Source of the DNA: Candidatus Latescibacterota bacterium | Lineage (GTDB): Bacteria; Latescibacterota; UBA2968; SICM01 | Length of the DNA stretch: 64,000 nt | Direction: 5' to 3' | NCBI GenBank assembly: GCA_965217865.1 | Contig: CBDCJO010000002.1 | Span: 2,688,001-2,752,000 of the forward strand | Shown: positions 29,310 through 39,807 of the stretch, one piece after another | Layout of the letters: every line of letters starts with the position of its first letter | Position numbering within the stretch: the first letter of the stretch is position 1 | Made by a program: the position numbers and the translations under genes | The notes under the pieces: model-generated | The model's database searches: none | What the model was told of the DNA's origin: nothing | What the model saw: only the letters and a program-made list of their open reading frames with translations

Positions 29310-31006
29310 AGAAAAAGCACTTCCGTCGCAACATCGGAGCCATCACGAAGGGGTCCCTTGTCGAAGGCCTGGAGATGAAGCTCGACCCTTCTAAGAGCGT
29401 GGAAGATATCAAAGCCGGTAAGTTCGTCGTGATTGAGGGCACCCAAAATGAGTTCTTTTCCATGATCACCGATCTCCGGCTGGATGCCACAAACCCGGAG
29501 GTGCTTCTTCATCCCCCTCAGGAGGACAATGCGCTGCTCCACCAGGTCCTGAATGGTACCAGCACCTACATATCCGTCTGCCTTCGACCCATGTTGGTGC
29601 TCAAAAAAGGCCAGACCCTGGACAACCACGAGATGCGCCCCGTGAAGACGGTCCCATCGCACTTCTCTAAGGTCAAGGAGGCCGAGGAAAGCGATGTGGG
29701 TCGTGTCTTCGGCAGCGAATCGATGAGCGACCGCTTCTTCAACATCGGGACCCCGCTCGACATGGAGACCCCGGTCTGTGTGGACTTATCCCGTTTCGCG
29801 GAGCGGAGCAATGGGATTTTTGGAAAGACCGGAACCGGGAAAAGCTTCCTGACCCGCCTGGTCCTGAGTGGGCTGATCCACGGGGAAAAAGCGGTAAATC
29901 TGATCTTCGACATGCACAACGAATACGGTTGGAAGGCGATCCAGGAGTCCGGGACCGGGAAAGGGGCTTTTGTCAAGGGGCTGAAACAGCTGTTCGGCAA
30001 CCGGGTTGCCATCTTTTCCCTGGATCCGAAATCAACCCGTGCCCGCGGGGTCCAGCCCGACCACGAGGTTTATATCTCATGTGACCAGGTGGCCGTAGAG
30101 GATATCATTCCGCTTCAGGAAGAGCTCAGGCTTAATCCCACGGCTGCGGAATCCGCTTATCTGGTCTACGCCATTCATAAAGATCGTTGGCTCCGACAGA
30201 TGTTCAGCCTGGAAGGGCCCGATGTGGAAGCCTTCGCAGAGGAGATCGGGGCCAATACGGGATCCCTGGTCGCCCTTCACCGAAAGTTGAAAAGGCTCGA
30301 AAGGTTTCCATTCCTGGTGGACAAGCTGAACGGCCCCGATGCAGTGGACACCATGATGGATTATATCGACCGGGGTATCCATATCGTCCTGGAATTCGGC
30401 CGTGAGACGAGCGTCCTGTGTTACCTCCTGGTGGCCAACATCATCTCCCGCCGCATCCACGAAAAATATATACAGAAGAGCGAGAAATACTATTCAACTC
30501 AGGACGTGAAGGACCAGCCCAGGCAGTTGATCATCACGATCGAGGAAGCGCACAAATTCCTGAATACGTTCGCAGCGAAGCAGACCATTTTCGGCACTAT
30601 CGCCCGAGAAATGAGGAAGTACTTCGTCTCCCTGCTGATCGTGGATCAACGCCCTTCTGGCATCGACGAGGAGGTTATTTCTCAGCTCGGGACCAAGATC
30701 ACCGCCCTCCTGAACGACGACAAAGACATCCAGGCCGTGTTGACAGGGGTAAGCAATCCGTCGGGCCTTCGAAGCGTGCTGGCCAGTCTCGACACGAAGC
30801 AGCAGGCCCTTGTTCTTGGCCACGCCGTCCCCATGCCGGTGGTCATCCGGACACGGGAATACGGAGAGCAATTCTACAGGGCAATGGGACATCTCCCGCC
30901 CGAGGAACGCAGGAAGAGAACAAAGAAGGAGATCGACGATCTTTTCGGGGAGTCTGAAGGAAAGGCTTTAGGGAAAACCAGGGATAAGGCCCTGCTAGCG
31001 GACTGA
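29306..31006 (+). CDS. herA: HerA/DUF87 DNA helicase-translocase
   Basis: Walker A GKTGTGKS, IFDMHNEY, Walker B ITIEEAH, REMRKY...VDQRPS; GTGA overlap with the upstream gene. Confidence 0.88.
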   Translation: MKKKHFRRNIGAITKGSLVEGLEMKLDPSKSVEDIKAGKFVVIEGTQNEFFSMITDLRLDATNPEVLLHPPQEDNALLHQVLNGTSTYISVCLRPMLVLKKGQTLDNHEMRPVKTVPSHFSKVKEAEESDVGRVFGSESMSDRFFNIGTPLDMETPVCVDLSRFAERSNGIFGKTGTGKSFLTRLVLSGLIHGEKAVNLIFDMHNEYGWKAIQESGTGKGAFVKGLKQLFGNRVAIFSLDPKSTRARGVQPDHEVYISCDQVAVEDIIPLQEELRLNPTAAESAYLVYAIHKDRWLRQMFSLEGPDVEAFAEEIGANTGSLVALHRKLKRLERFPFLVDKLNGPDAVDTMMDYIDRGIHIVLEFGRETSVLCYLLVANIISRRIHEKYIQKSEKYYSTQDVKDQPRQLIITIEEAHKFLNTFAAKQTIFGTIAREMRKYFVSLLIVDQRPSGIDEEVISQLGTKITALLNDDKDIQAVLTGVSNPSGLRSVLASLDTKQQALVLGHAVPMPVVIRTREYGEQFYRAMGHLPPEERRKRTKKEIDDLFGESEGKALGKTRDKALLAD

Positions 31007-31071
31007 AAGTTGATGATATCCGTTGATTCCCCCAATCCTTACTGAACAGTCCTGGCTCAAAGGCTAAACTC

Positions 31072-31104
31072 AAGCGGGCTAATCGATTTCGGTTAGCCCG
31101 CTTT
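31072..31104 (+). terminator. Intrinsic terminator after herA
   Basis: Stem AAGCGGGCTAATCG/CGGTTAGCCCGCTT followed by TTCT. Confidence 0.75.
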
Positions 31105-31122
31105 CTACTCTAACGAAAGGAC

Positions 31123-31152
31123 TTGACAACCGTTTGCGATCGTGAGTAGAAT
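31123..31152 (+). promoter_or_regulatory. Putative sigma70 promoter
   Basis: TTGACA, 18 bp, TAGAAT. Confidence 0.55.
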
Positions 31153-31305
31153 CCCTGCAGCTTGGATGTATATCGTCGAGAGGCAACGGGCTTCATCGTC
31201 CGGGAAACACTAGAAGAAAACCGGATGAAATGGATGCTCTAACATAACCCCCAAGATGATCGAGAACGGGTTAGCTGTTAAGATTCCGTGGAGAGGAGAA
31301 CAGCA

Positions 31306-32368
31306 ATGACGGAGGGGCTGTTTCCAACAACGGTCATCGGAAGTCTGCCGCGGCCGGCCTGGGTTCGAGAGTTGATCCTTGACCGCAAGGAGGGGGATAT
31401 CACGGAGGAAGAGGCGGACGGCCTGCTGGACCAAGCAATCGAGACAGCTCTGATCTTGCAGGAATGAGTCGGACTGGATGAGATCACCGATGGCGAATGG
31501 CGGAGAGAAAGCTATGTCAAGGTTTTCGCCGAACGTGTGCGGGGATTTCAGCCGGACCTCAATCCCAGCGGTGGATTGCCCTATCCCGCCGCGGTAGAAC
31601 CAATCGAATATCACCGTCCAATCGCCGCTGAGGAGATCCGTTTCTCCCGAGGACGAACAGGGAGGCGCCTCAAAGTCACTTTACCGGGTCCCTATACTAT
31701 TGGCCGTCGGATGTGGCATCCGGAGCACTCGAAAGGGGCGTATCCCAAGCGGGAAAAGTTGATGGCCGATTGTGTCCCGGTCCTGCGAAAGGAGATCGAC
31801 GCGGTGCGTGACGCGGGGGCGGATACGGTTCAGGTCGATGAGCCGTGGCTCAGCACCATGGTCGATCCCCGTTTTCGAGAGAGAGCACGTAACCGACATT
31901 GGCTATGAAATCGATATGTGTGTTGACCTCATCAACCAGACTCTGGACGGGATCGAAGGTATTTCCACGGGAATGCACCTCTGCCACGCGCACTTCGATC
32001 GGAAGCACGGTACCGAAGGACCATACGATCTGATTATGCCCGCCCTGGCCAAGGTTAGGGTCGGTACGATCTCGATGGAATATGCAACCCCGGTGGCCGG
32101 CGGCCTGGGATCCCTTGCCAAATTCCCAAAGAACATCCGTTTGGGTCTGGGGTGCATTGATCATTGTGATCGGCGGATCGAATCCCCCGATGAAGTGGCG
32201 GGAAGGACGGAACAGGCGATGCGATATGTGGAAAAGGAACGAATCACGTTGCATCCCGACTGCGGATTCTCTCCATCGGTTCAAAACCCCATGGATCTCG
32301 ATGAAGCATACATGAAGCTGAAGGCAATGTGCCGTGGGGCTCAGATACTCCGAGATCGTCATGCATGA
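31306..32368 (+). pseudogene. Cobalamin-independent methionine synthase II (MetE C-terminal barrel) family, disrupted
   Basis: My translation from ATG 31306 gives PTTVIGSLPRP...LQE*VGLDEITDGEWRR, with an in-frame TGA at 31465-31467. It continues KVTLPGP, VQVDEP, then shifts frame in a GA run near 31880, then MHLCH, SMEYA, HPDCGF. Confidence 0.85.
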
Positions 32369-32421
32369 TCATCGGCAGGAAAAGAATCCGTTTATGTATG
32401 GGTGCCTGCTGGGGAAACCGC

Positions 32422-32451
32422 TTGACATCCCTCGGAGTTCGTTTGTACCAT
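32422..32451 (+). promoter_or_regulatory. Putative sigma70 promoter
   Basis: TTGACA, 18 bp, TACCAT, upstream of the aminotransferase. Confidence 0.5.
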
Positions 32452-32516
32452 CAATTTAAGGTGTCATAACATACTGGAGGAACTGGAGAGATCGATTTAA
32501 GGAGTGAGGAGAGGAT

Positions 32517-33686
32517 ATGAAGCTCGCAAAACGGATGTCACGGCTGGGAACCGAAAGCGCTTTTGAGGTCCTTGTTAAGGCAAGGGCGCTGGAGGCGAAG
32601 GGGATGGACGTGATCCACCTGGAAATTGGAGAGCCGGACTTTGACACGCCGGGGAATATTGTGCAAGGCGGTGTCAAAGCGCTCGAAGAGGGATGGACGC
32701 ACTATGGACCTTCCGCGGGCCTTCCCGAACTTCGTGAGGCTATCGCCGAATATATCTCTCGGAGTCGGGGCATCTCAACCAACCCCGACCAGATCGTCGT
32801 GACGCCTGGGGGAAAGCCGATCATGTTCTTCACGATTATCGCGCTCACCGACGAAGGGGACGAAGTCATCTACCCCAACCCCGGCTTTCCTATTTACGAG
32901 TCCGTAATCGAGTTCATCGGGGGAACCCCCGTGCCCATCCGCCTCCACGAATCGAAGGAGTTTAACCTGGACGTCGATGAGCTGAAGCAGAAAATCACAC
33001 CGAAAACCAAGCTTCTGATCCTCAACTCACCCCAGAATCCAACAGGCGGTGTCATCCCTAAGGAAGACCTGAAGGAGATCGCTTCTCTCGCGGTTGAGCA
33101 CGACCTCGTGGTTCTGTCGGATGAGATCTACTCGGAAATCCTTTACGAGGGAGAGCACCACAGTATCGCGGCTTTTGACGGGATGGCTGAACGGACGATC
33201 ATCCTGGACGGATTTTCAAAAACCTTCGCCATGACCGGGTGGCGGATGGGCTACGGCGTGATGCCGGAGAAATTCGCCCACCACATCGCTCGCCTGATGA
33301 CGAATTCGAACTCCTGCACAGCCTCTTTCTCACAGCGGGCCGGCCTGGAAGGGTTGAACGGACCCTGGGATGATGTCCGCAAGATGGTGGGCGAATTTAA
33401 ACTCCGGCGCGATGTGATAGTCGATGGCCTCAACACCATTCCGGGAATCAGTTGCCTTCGACCGAAAGGGGCCTTTTACGTGTTTCCCAACGTCACGGGT
33501 GTCGGGTGGGATACGGAAAAGTTGGCCGATTATCTTCTCGAGGAGGGGGGCGTGGCCGCCCTCTCAGGAACTGCCTTCGGAAGCTATGGAAAGGACTACC
33601 TCCGACTTTCCTATGCCAACTCAGTCGACAACCTGAAAAAAGCCATCGAACGGATGGATTCCCATATCCGGCGTATCCGAAAATGA
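32517..33686 (+). CDS. PLP-dependent class I/II (aspartate) aminotransferase
   Basis: LEIGEPDF, NSPQNPTG, SDEIY, GFSKTFAMTGWRMGY, GAFYVF, RLSYA. Confidence 0.93.
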   Translation: MKLAKRMSRLGTESAFEVLVKARALEAKGMDVIHLEIGEPDFDTPGNIVQGGVKALEEGWTHYGPSAGLPELREAIAEYISRSRGISTNPDQIVVTPGGKPIMFFTIIALTDEGDEVIYPNPGFPIYESVIEFIGGTPVPIRLHESKEFNLDVDELKQKITPKTKLLILNSPQNPTGGVIPKEDLKEIASLAVEHDLVVLSDEIYSEILYEGEHHSIAAFDGMAERTIILDGFSKTFAMTGWRMGYGVMPEKFAHHIARLMTNSNSCTASFSQRAGLEGLNGPWDDVRKMVGEFKLRRDVIVDGLNTIPGISCLRPKGAFYVFPNVTGVGWDTEKLADYLLEEGGVAALSGTAFGSYGKDYLRLSYANSVDNLKKAIERMDSHIRRIRK

Positions 33687-34408
33687 AAGCCGTTGTCCTA
33701 GCCGCAGGAAGGGGTAGACGGCTGGCCCCCTACACCGACAACCTTCCCAAGCCGATGGTGGAGGTGGGCGGAGCTCCGTTGCTCGCCCATATCCTCGGTC
33801 GCTTGAAGGCCGTTGGAATCCTTGAGGTTTTCCTGATCGTCAACTATTTGTCGGAAAAGATCGAAGGGCATTTCGGGGATGGATCTCAACATGGTTTGCG
33901 GCTAAAGTATATCCGGCAGGAAAACCCTACGGCGGGTACGGCAAATGCCCTCCTTCTTGCAGAACCTTTCGTCGGAGATGCGTCATTCCTGATGTGCTGG
34001 GGGGATATTGTTACGAACGCCTCTGAATATAGGCGGGTCATCGAACGCTTCAGCGAAGGCGGCAGCGCGATGGCCATGATCGTAAATTATGTCGAGGATA
34101 CGGCCGCAGGGGGGGCGGTATACAAGGATGAGGAAGGGCGGGTGCTGAAAATCGTGGAGAAGGCCCCCGCAGGAACACAAACGACCAAATGGAACAACGG
34201 GGGCATCTTCGTGTTTTCGTCTGGGATTTTCGATTATCTCCGTAGGACCCCGATCTCCCCCAGAGGAGAACGCGAGATACCGCAAACGATTCAAATGATG
34301 GTCGATGAGGGTCTCATCGTCCAATCCATCGAGATGATTCACGAACGGCTCGACCTGACCCGCCCCGAGGATGTCGCTCGAGTTGATGGGATCCTGAGAA
34401 AAAAGTGA
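33683..34408 (+). CDS. Sugar-phosphate nucleotidyltransferase
   Basis: MKAVVLAAGRGRRLAPYT..LPKPM, GTANA, WGD, IVEK, SPRGEREI; ATGA overlap. Confidence 0.88.
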   Translation: MKAVVLAAGRGRRLAPYTDNLPKPMVEVGGAPLLAHILGRLKAVGILEVFLIVNYLSEKIEGHFGDGSQHGLRLKYIRQENPTAGTANALLLAEPFVGDASFLMCWGDIVTNASEYRRVIERFSEGGSAMAMIVNYVEDTAAGGAVYKDEEGRVLKIVEKAPAGTQTTKWNNGGIFVFSSGIFDYLRRTPISPRGEREIPQTIQMMVDEGLIVQSIEMIHERLDLTRPEDVARVDGILRKK

Positions 34409-34437
34409 AGCGCAAAGCGGGGCGCTTGGAACATTTT

Positions 34438-35181
<744 letters not shown>

Positions 35182-35452
35182 TCTGACCCTCTGGATCTAG
35201 CTTCTACGAATAGGTGGATTATACGATTATCAATCGGGCAAGGAGCCCCACTACGGACGGATCCCAAATGTAGCAACCTCAGTTGGAGGTGTCAACGGAA
35301 AATCCGGAGAGTCTTGTTTATGGAGGGTGATACGGGAGGCGGGAAGGAACTCAGATAACCATCTTGGAGTCCAAAATTCTTGCGGTGGGAGATATCGGAA
35401 AGGCCCCAGAGGATAACTTTAGAGGGAACGGGGTTGGGGAGGCAGGGACTAT

Positions 35453-36964
35453 TCAACCCCCCTTCACAGGGAAGGAAACCTCAAATCGTGTGCCTTCTCC
35501 GACCTTACTCTCAACTTGAATCTCTGCCCCGTGACGGTCGACTATCGTCTTTACGATCGCCAACCCCAATCCAGTACCCTTTCCTTCGATTTTGGTTGTG
35601 AAAAACGGTTGGAAGACGCGATCGAGATGATCCTCCGGTATCCCGGGTCCTGCGTCGCCGATGCTTGCCTCCACCCACTTTCCGTCGGAGGAGGCCTTCA
35701 AACCCAGAGTCAGGACTTGGGTGGGTTCGCTTTCCATGGCTTGGACAGCGTTTACGATCAGATTGCGTAAGACTTGTTCGATCTGAACAGAATCCCCGAT
35801 GATTTTGGGCAGAGGGGTTTGGAAGTCCGTATCGATCCTGCAGTACTTCACAACGCCTAAAGGCTTGAGCATATCCAGGACCTTGTTCATTTCATCCCCA
35901 AGGTCCAGTTCCACCTCTTTGCTCTCGACGGGTTTGCCCAGATTCAATAACTGGTGAATCAGGTCGAGCATCTGATTCACCGCGGGCTGAATGTGCTCCA
36001 ACCATACGGTCGGCTGTTCAACGTCTCCCTTCTCCAGGAACTCCAATGCCAGTTCGGTACTCCCAGAAATGGCTTGAAGAGGGGTCTTGAACTCATGAGC
36101 GATCCGTGGGGCCAATTGACCAAGGAGGGATAACCTCTCCGCATGCAGTAATTGTCTCTCCATCTGCTCGTGTTCGCTGAGGTCCTCTACGACATAGAGA
36201 TGGGCGATGCACTTTTGTTTTTCGTTAAGGATGTCCCGGCGACGCATCAATACCGGAAATGTCTTTCCATCTTTTCGGATATGTGAGTTCTTCGACTCCT
36301 TGGGACTTTTATCCAGGTCAACTTTTCGTCCCGCAACGTTGTCCTCGCCGAAAAGCTGAGAGGCAGGATGTTTCAGGATCTCGCCAACGGAATATCCATA
36401 CATCTGCTCGGCCACCCCGTTGAAGGTTAGGATATTGCCGTCTCGATCCGTTGAAAGGATGCCGAACGGGGCAGCATCTATAAGTTGTCGGAGATATCGT
36501 TCCCGCTCCACAACCTTCTCCCGGAGGTCGGATCGGGATTGAATCAAATCGCCGAGCAGGAGTCGGGAATCAACGATACGCTTCCGTTCCCTGAGAGCCT
36601 TCTCGATCCTTAGCCTCAGATCCTCTTCAGAAAACGGCTTCATCAGAAAACTTCGGGCTCCCGCCTCCAGTGCCCGAACGGCAGTGTCCCGGTCTCCCTT
36701 AGAAGTCAAAACGATGGGAATCACAGTCGGGTCGGAGGCCCTCAAGTTCTGGATCATCTCAATCCCGTTCATCCCTGAAAGGTTCACCTCGCAAATTACC
36801 ACATCAAAGAGATCCTCAGAAAAACGCTTCAGACCCTCGTCACTGGATCGGGCGAGCTGTATTCGGTGCCCCATTTCCGACAAGCTCTGATCTACGAGCT
36901 TACGAATTTCCTTGTCTTCATCCACAACCAGGATTTTCGCCGGTTGCATCGCTCGCTTCATCAA
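35453..36964 (-). CDS. REC-PAS-histidine kinase hybrid
   Basis: N-terminal receiver with atypical acidic residues (VVDED, ICEV), a PAS domain, H-box IAHEFKTP, N-box NLIVNA, FFTTK...GTGLGL. Confidence 0.9.
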   Translation of the reverse strand: MMKRAMQPAKILVVDEDKEIRKLVDQSLSEMGHRIQLARSSDEGLKRFSEDLFDVVICEVNLSGMNGIEMIQNLRASDPTVIPIVLTSKGDRDTAVRALEAGARSFLMKPFSEEDLRLRIEKALRERKRIVDSRLLLGDLIQSRSDLREKVVERERYLRQLIDAAPFGILSTDRDGNILTFNGVAEQMYGYSVGEILKHPASQLFGEDNVAGRKVDLDKSPKESKNSHIRKDGKTFPVLMRRRDILNEKQKCIAHLYVVEDLSEHEQMERQLLHAERLSLLGQLAPRIAHEFKTPLQAISGSTELALEFLEKGDVEQPTVWLEHIQPAVNQMLDLIHQLLNLGKPVESKEVELDLGDEMNKVLDMLKPLGVVKYCRIDTDFQTPLPKIIGDSVQIEQVLRNLIVNAVQAMESEPTQVLTLGLKASSDGKWVEASIGDAGPGIPEDHLDRVFQPFFTTKIEGKGTGLGLAIVKTIVDRHGAEIQVESKVGEGTRFEVSFPVKGG

Positions 36965-37051
36965 AATCGATCCTTTCTCCGAACGCCTTCCCCCTGTCTC
37001 CGATCTTTACAGCGATGCCTTTCGAATAATTTCCCTTTTCCCGATCCAGAT

Positions 37052-37765
37052 TTAGGAAACCGAAGGCTCGATTTCCTTGACGGTGTCCTCATCCGGGACG
37101 CCGTTTGCGTTTGTGTTGCAGACCTGGTCTTCCAATCGTTCCATGTTTCGTCGTATGTCCGACATCAATCCCGGCATTTCGTTTAAAATAAAATCAACCC
37201 GCCGTTGAACTGCGGGATCCTCCGACCGGCAGGTTTTGAGGTGCCCCCCTAAGGTGTCCCAGAACACCTCGAAGCTCTGGAGATCTTCCATAACCGAAGT
37301 CACCGCGTTTTGTATCTGCAGGTTTGAGGCGGCCGGACTTTCCCCTGAACCCTGCCCGGGACGCAAAAGGTTCTTATAATCCTCCAAAACCTGTGACTCC
37401 AGCCGATTGCGATCCTCGATCCGCTCCACGCAGGTCAGGAACTCATTGAATTTGATCGGTTTTTTAAGGTAGTCATAAGCCCCTTCTTGGAGAGCCGCTA
37501 CAGCCGCGTTTTCGTCTCCATGCCCCGTTATCAAGATAACCGGAGTCCCCGGAAATCTCACCCTGACGGCCCGAAGAAAATCTAGGCCGTTCATCTTCGG
37601 CATGCGAATATCGCTGACGATTAAGCCGATGTCCCCCCGTACTTCCAATAAATTCAACGCCTTCGCACCATCCCCAGCGGAGACTACATTGTGACCGCAA
37701 TCGACCAGAAAATCCCCGACAACCTGAAGGATGGATTCTTCGTCGTCTACTAGCAATATGTTCAT
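37052..37765 (-). CDS. Response regulator (REC plus uncharacterised helical C-terminus)
   Basis: ILLVDDE, SDIRMP, ITGHG, YLKKP. Confidence 0.88.
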   Translation of the reverse strand: MNILLVDDEESILQVVGDFLVDCGHNVVSAGDGAKALNLLEVRGDIGLIVSDIRMPKMNGLDFLRAVRVRFPGTPVILITGHGDENAAVAALQEGAYDYLKKPIKFNEFLTCVERIEDRNRLESQVLEDYKNLLRPGQGSGESPAASNLQIQNAVTSVMEDLQSFEVFWDTLGGHLKTCRSEDPAVQRRVDFILNEMPGLMSDIRRNMERLEDQVCNTNANGVPDEDTVKEIEPSVS

Positions 37766-37837
37766 CGATCCTCTCCTTGAACAGCCCAGAACTTAACCAA
37801 TTTTAACTTACGATCTTCCTTGCCTGGGGTCTTAAAG

Positions 37838-37853
37838 TGCAATTATCGTTCCA
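37838..37853 (-). promoter_or_regulatory. Sigma54 (-24/-12) promoter
   Basis: The minus strand reads TGGAAC-GATAA-TTGCA, matching TGGCAC-N5-TTGCA with one mismatch, about 70 bp upstream of the ATG at 37765. Confidence 0.75.
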
Positions 37854-37969
37854 CATACGAGAATTTGCCATAATTTGCTTAATTTTCAGGGGTTAAACTA
37901 AATTCTTCCCGGTCTTGATGGAATTCATAATTATCAAATGTTGATAGAAAAAGTTGCTGAAAAGGCGAC

Positions 37970-38350
37970 TTACACCGACCCCAATGGTCCCGTGACCTTC
38001 TCCAAAATGGCATCCAGATCTAACAGGCGAATCGGTTTTACTAGGAGTTCAACCGCCCCAAGCCTCAGGGCTTCATCCGCCATCTCGACATTTCCGTGAC
38101 CGGTGATGATGACCACCGGCATCTCGGGCTGATGTTCCCGAAATCGGGTCAGAAGAGAAATTCCATCGATGCCGGGCATCCTGACATCTACAAAAGCAAG
38201 ATCATAGCTGGAACTTTCCACCGCTTCCAAAGCCGATGGGCCGTCAAAAGCCCGGTCCACCCGGTGACCGCAATCACTCAGGTAGTCCCCGATCGTCTGG
38301 TGGACAATCTCCTCATCGTCAACCAGCAGGATATCCAAGGAGTGCTCCAC
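37970..38350 (-). CDS. Single-domain response regulator
   Basis: ILLVDDE, VDVRMPG, ITGHG, VKP; no output domain. Confidence 0.88.
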   Translation of the reverse strand: MEHSLDILLVDDEEIVHQTIGDYLSDCGHRVDRAFDGPSALEAVESSSYDLAFVDVRMPGIDGISLLTRFREHQPEMPVVIITGHGNVEMADEALRLGAVELLVKPIRLLDLDAILEKVTGPLGSV

Positions 38351-38427
38351 GTCTTTTGGACCTCCAACCGATTAGAATTCCTGAGCCTCAGATTGACGGA
38401 TAGACCCGTGTGGGTAAACGAAAGGGT

Positions 38428-39807
38428 TCAAGTAATACCAAACTTTTGAAGCTTATACCGCAGAGTTGAATAAGGCATCCCCAGGTCTTTTGCCGCTTGA
38501 CGCCTGTTCCATTTTGCGGCTTCCAGGGCGTTTAAAATTTGGGACCTTTCCTGTTCATGATGATCGCCGCCTAAGCTCGGCGCGGCAGCGGCCGCTTCTC
38601 CCGAACCCTCGGGCAAGTTGAAATGTTCCGCCTGAATCTGTCCTGACCGAGAAAGGATGGCCGCCCGTTCGACCAGATTGCGAAGTTCACGGGCGTTCCC
38701 TGGAAAATGGTATTCCATTAGCATTTTTTTGGTGTCCGGTGAGAAGCCGTCAAATTCAAGGCCTCTCGTCGCCGAATAGATAGAGAGGAAGTGCTCAGCG
38801 AGAGGCATAATATCATCACGGCGCTCCTTGAGCGGGGAAAGATGGATCGAGAAGACGTTCAATCTGTAGAACAGGTCCCGGCGGAATTTCCCGTTATCCA
38901 CATAGGATTCAAGCGGAGCGTTTGTGGCGGCAATCACCCGAATATCGACGCTAATCTCTTTGGCACCTCCCACACGCCTGAGCGTTCGGGTTTCTAGGAC
39001 CCGGAGCAGCGCCGCCTGAGTGGCGCTGCTCAGATCTGCAACTTCGTCCAGGAAGAGTGTGCCTTCGTCTGAGAGTTCGAAATACCCCGCCCTGTCTCCC
39101 GTGGCCCCGGTGAAGGAACCCTTTACGTGGCCGAATAACTCGCTCTCCACCAGGGAATCCAGAAGAGCAGGACAGCTTACTGCAATAAACGGACGATCGT
39201 CCGAACTCCCCTGAAAGTGAATTTCACGGGCAACGACCTCTTTTCCAGTTCCCGTCTCCCCCGTGATCAATATCGTCTCACACTTCGCTTCTACCGCCTG
39301 CCGGATCTGTGCGCGCAATTTTTTGGTTTTGGTGCTGGACCCCACCAGACTTCGATTCCGGGTCCTGATGTCATCCGAAGCTTGAATGCCACCGATGGTC
39401 TCCCGGAGGTGACGCCTGTCCTGGCGCAATTCCCTGATCCGCATTGCTTTTTCCAGCACAGCGTCCAGTTCGAGCAGTTTGACCGGTTTGGTCAGGAAAT
39501 CGGCCGCGCCCATTCTCAAGGCCTGAATCGCCATCTCCATGCTTCCGTGTCCGGTGATGATCACGAACGACAGCTCTGGTCGAATTTCCTGAACCTTTTT
39601 TAAGAGGGTGAACCCATCCATCCCGGGCATCCGGACGTCTACCAGGCCCAGATCATAATCGACCGCTTCCATCGACTTCAACGCGGCAATCCCGTCGGAA
39701 ACATCGTCCACCTGCTGCCCCAATTCACGCAAGTACCCGGAAATGGTCTCTCGAACAGAATCTTCGTCGTCAGCCAGTAGGATGCGAAGTGAACCTTCCA
39801 TGTTCAA
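38428..39807 (-). CDS. NtrC-family sigma54-dependent response regulator
   Basis: REC, GETGTGKE, ESELFGHVKGSFTGA, LFLDE, FRRDLFYRL, PGNAREL, Fis-type HTH. Confidence 0.95.
   Translation of the reverse strand: MNMEGSLRILLADDEDSVRETISGYLRELGQQVDDVSDGIAALKSMEAVDYDLGLVDVRMPGMDGFTLLKKVQEIRPELSFVIITGHGSMEMAIQALRMGAADFLTKPVKLLELDAVLEKAMRIRELRQDRRHLRETIGGIQASDDIRTRNRSLVGSSTKTKKLRAQIRQAVEAKCETILITGETGTGKEVVAREIHFQGSSDDRPFIAVSCPALLDSLVESELFGHVKGSFTGATGDRAGYFELSDEGTLFLDEVADLSSATQAALLRVLETRTLRRVGGAKEISVDIRVIAATNAPLESYVDNGKFRRDLFYRLNVFSIHLSPLKERRDDIMPLAEHFLSIYSATRGLEFDGFSPDTKKMLMEYHFPGNARELRNLVERAAILSRSGQIQAEHFNLPEGSGEAAAAAPSLGGDHHEQERSQILNALEAAKWNRRQAAKDLGMPYSTLRYKLQKFGIT

Noticed and set aside
31153-31305. 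SAM or cobalamin riboswitch in the metE-like leader
   Set aside because: I could not match the SAM-I core or a B12 box by eye; an Rfam/Infernal scan would settle it
31465-31467. In-frame TGA in the metE-like gene as selenocysteine or recoding
   Set aside because: The position (QE*xGLD) is not a Cys or catalytic site, no obvious SECIS follows, a second frameshift exists, and TGA is a normal stop elsewhere in the window
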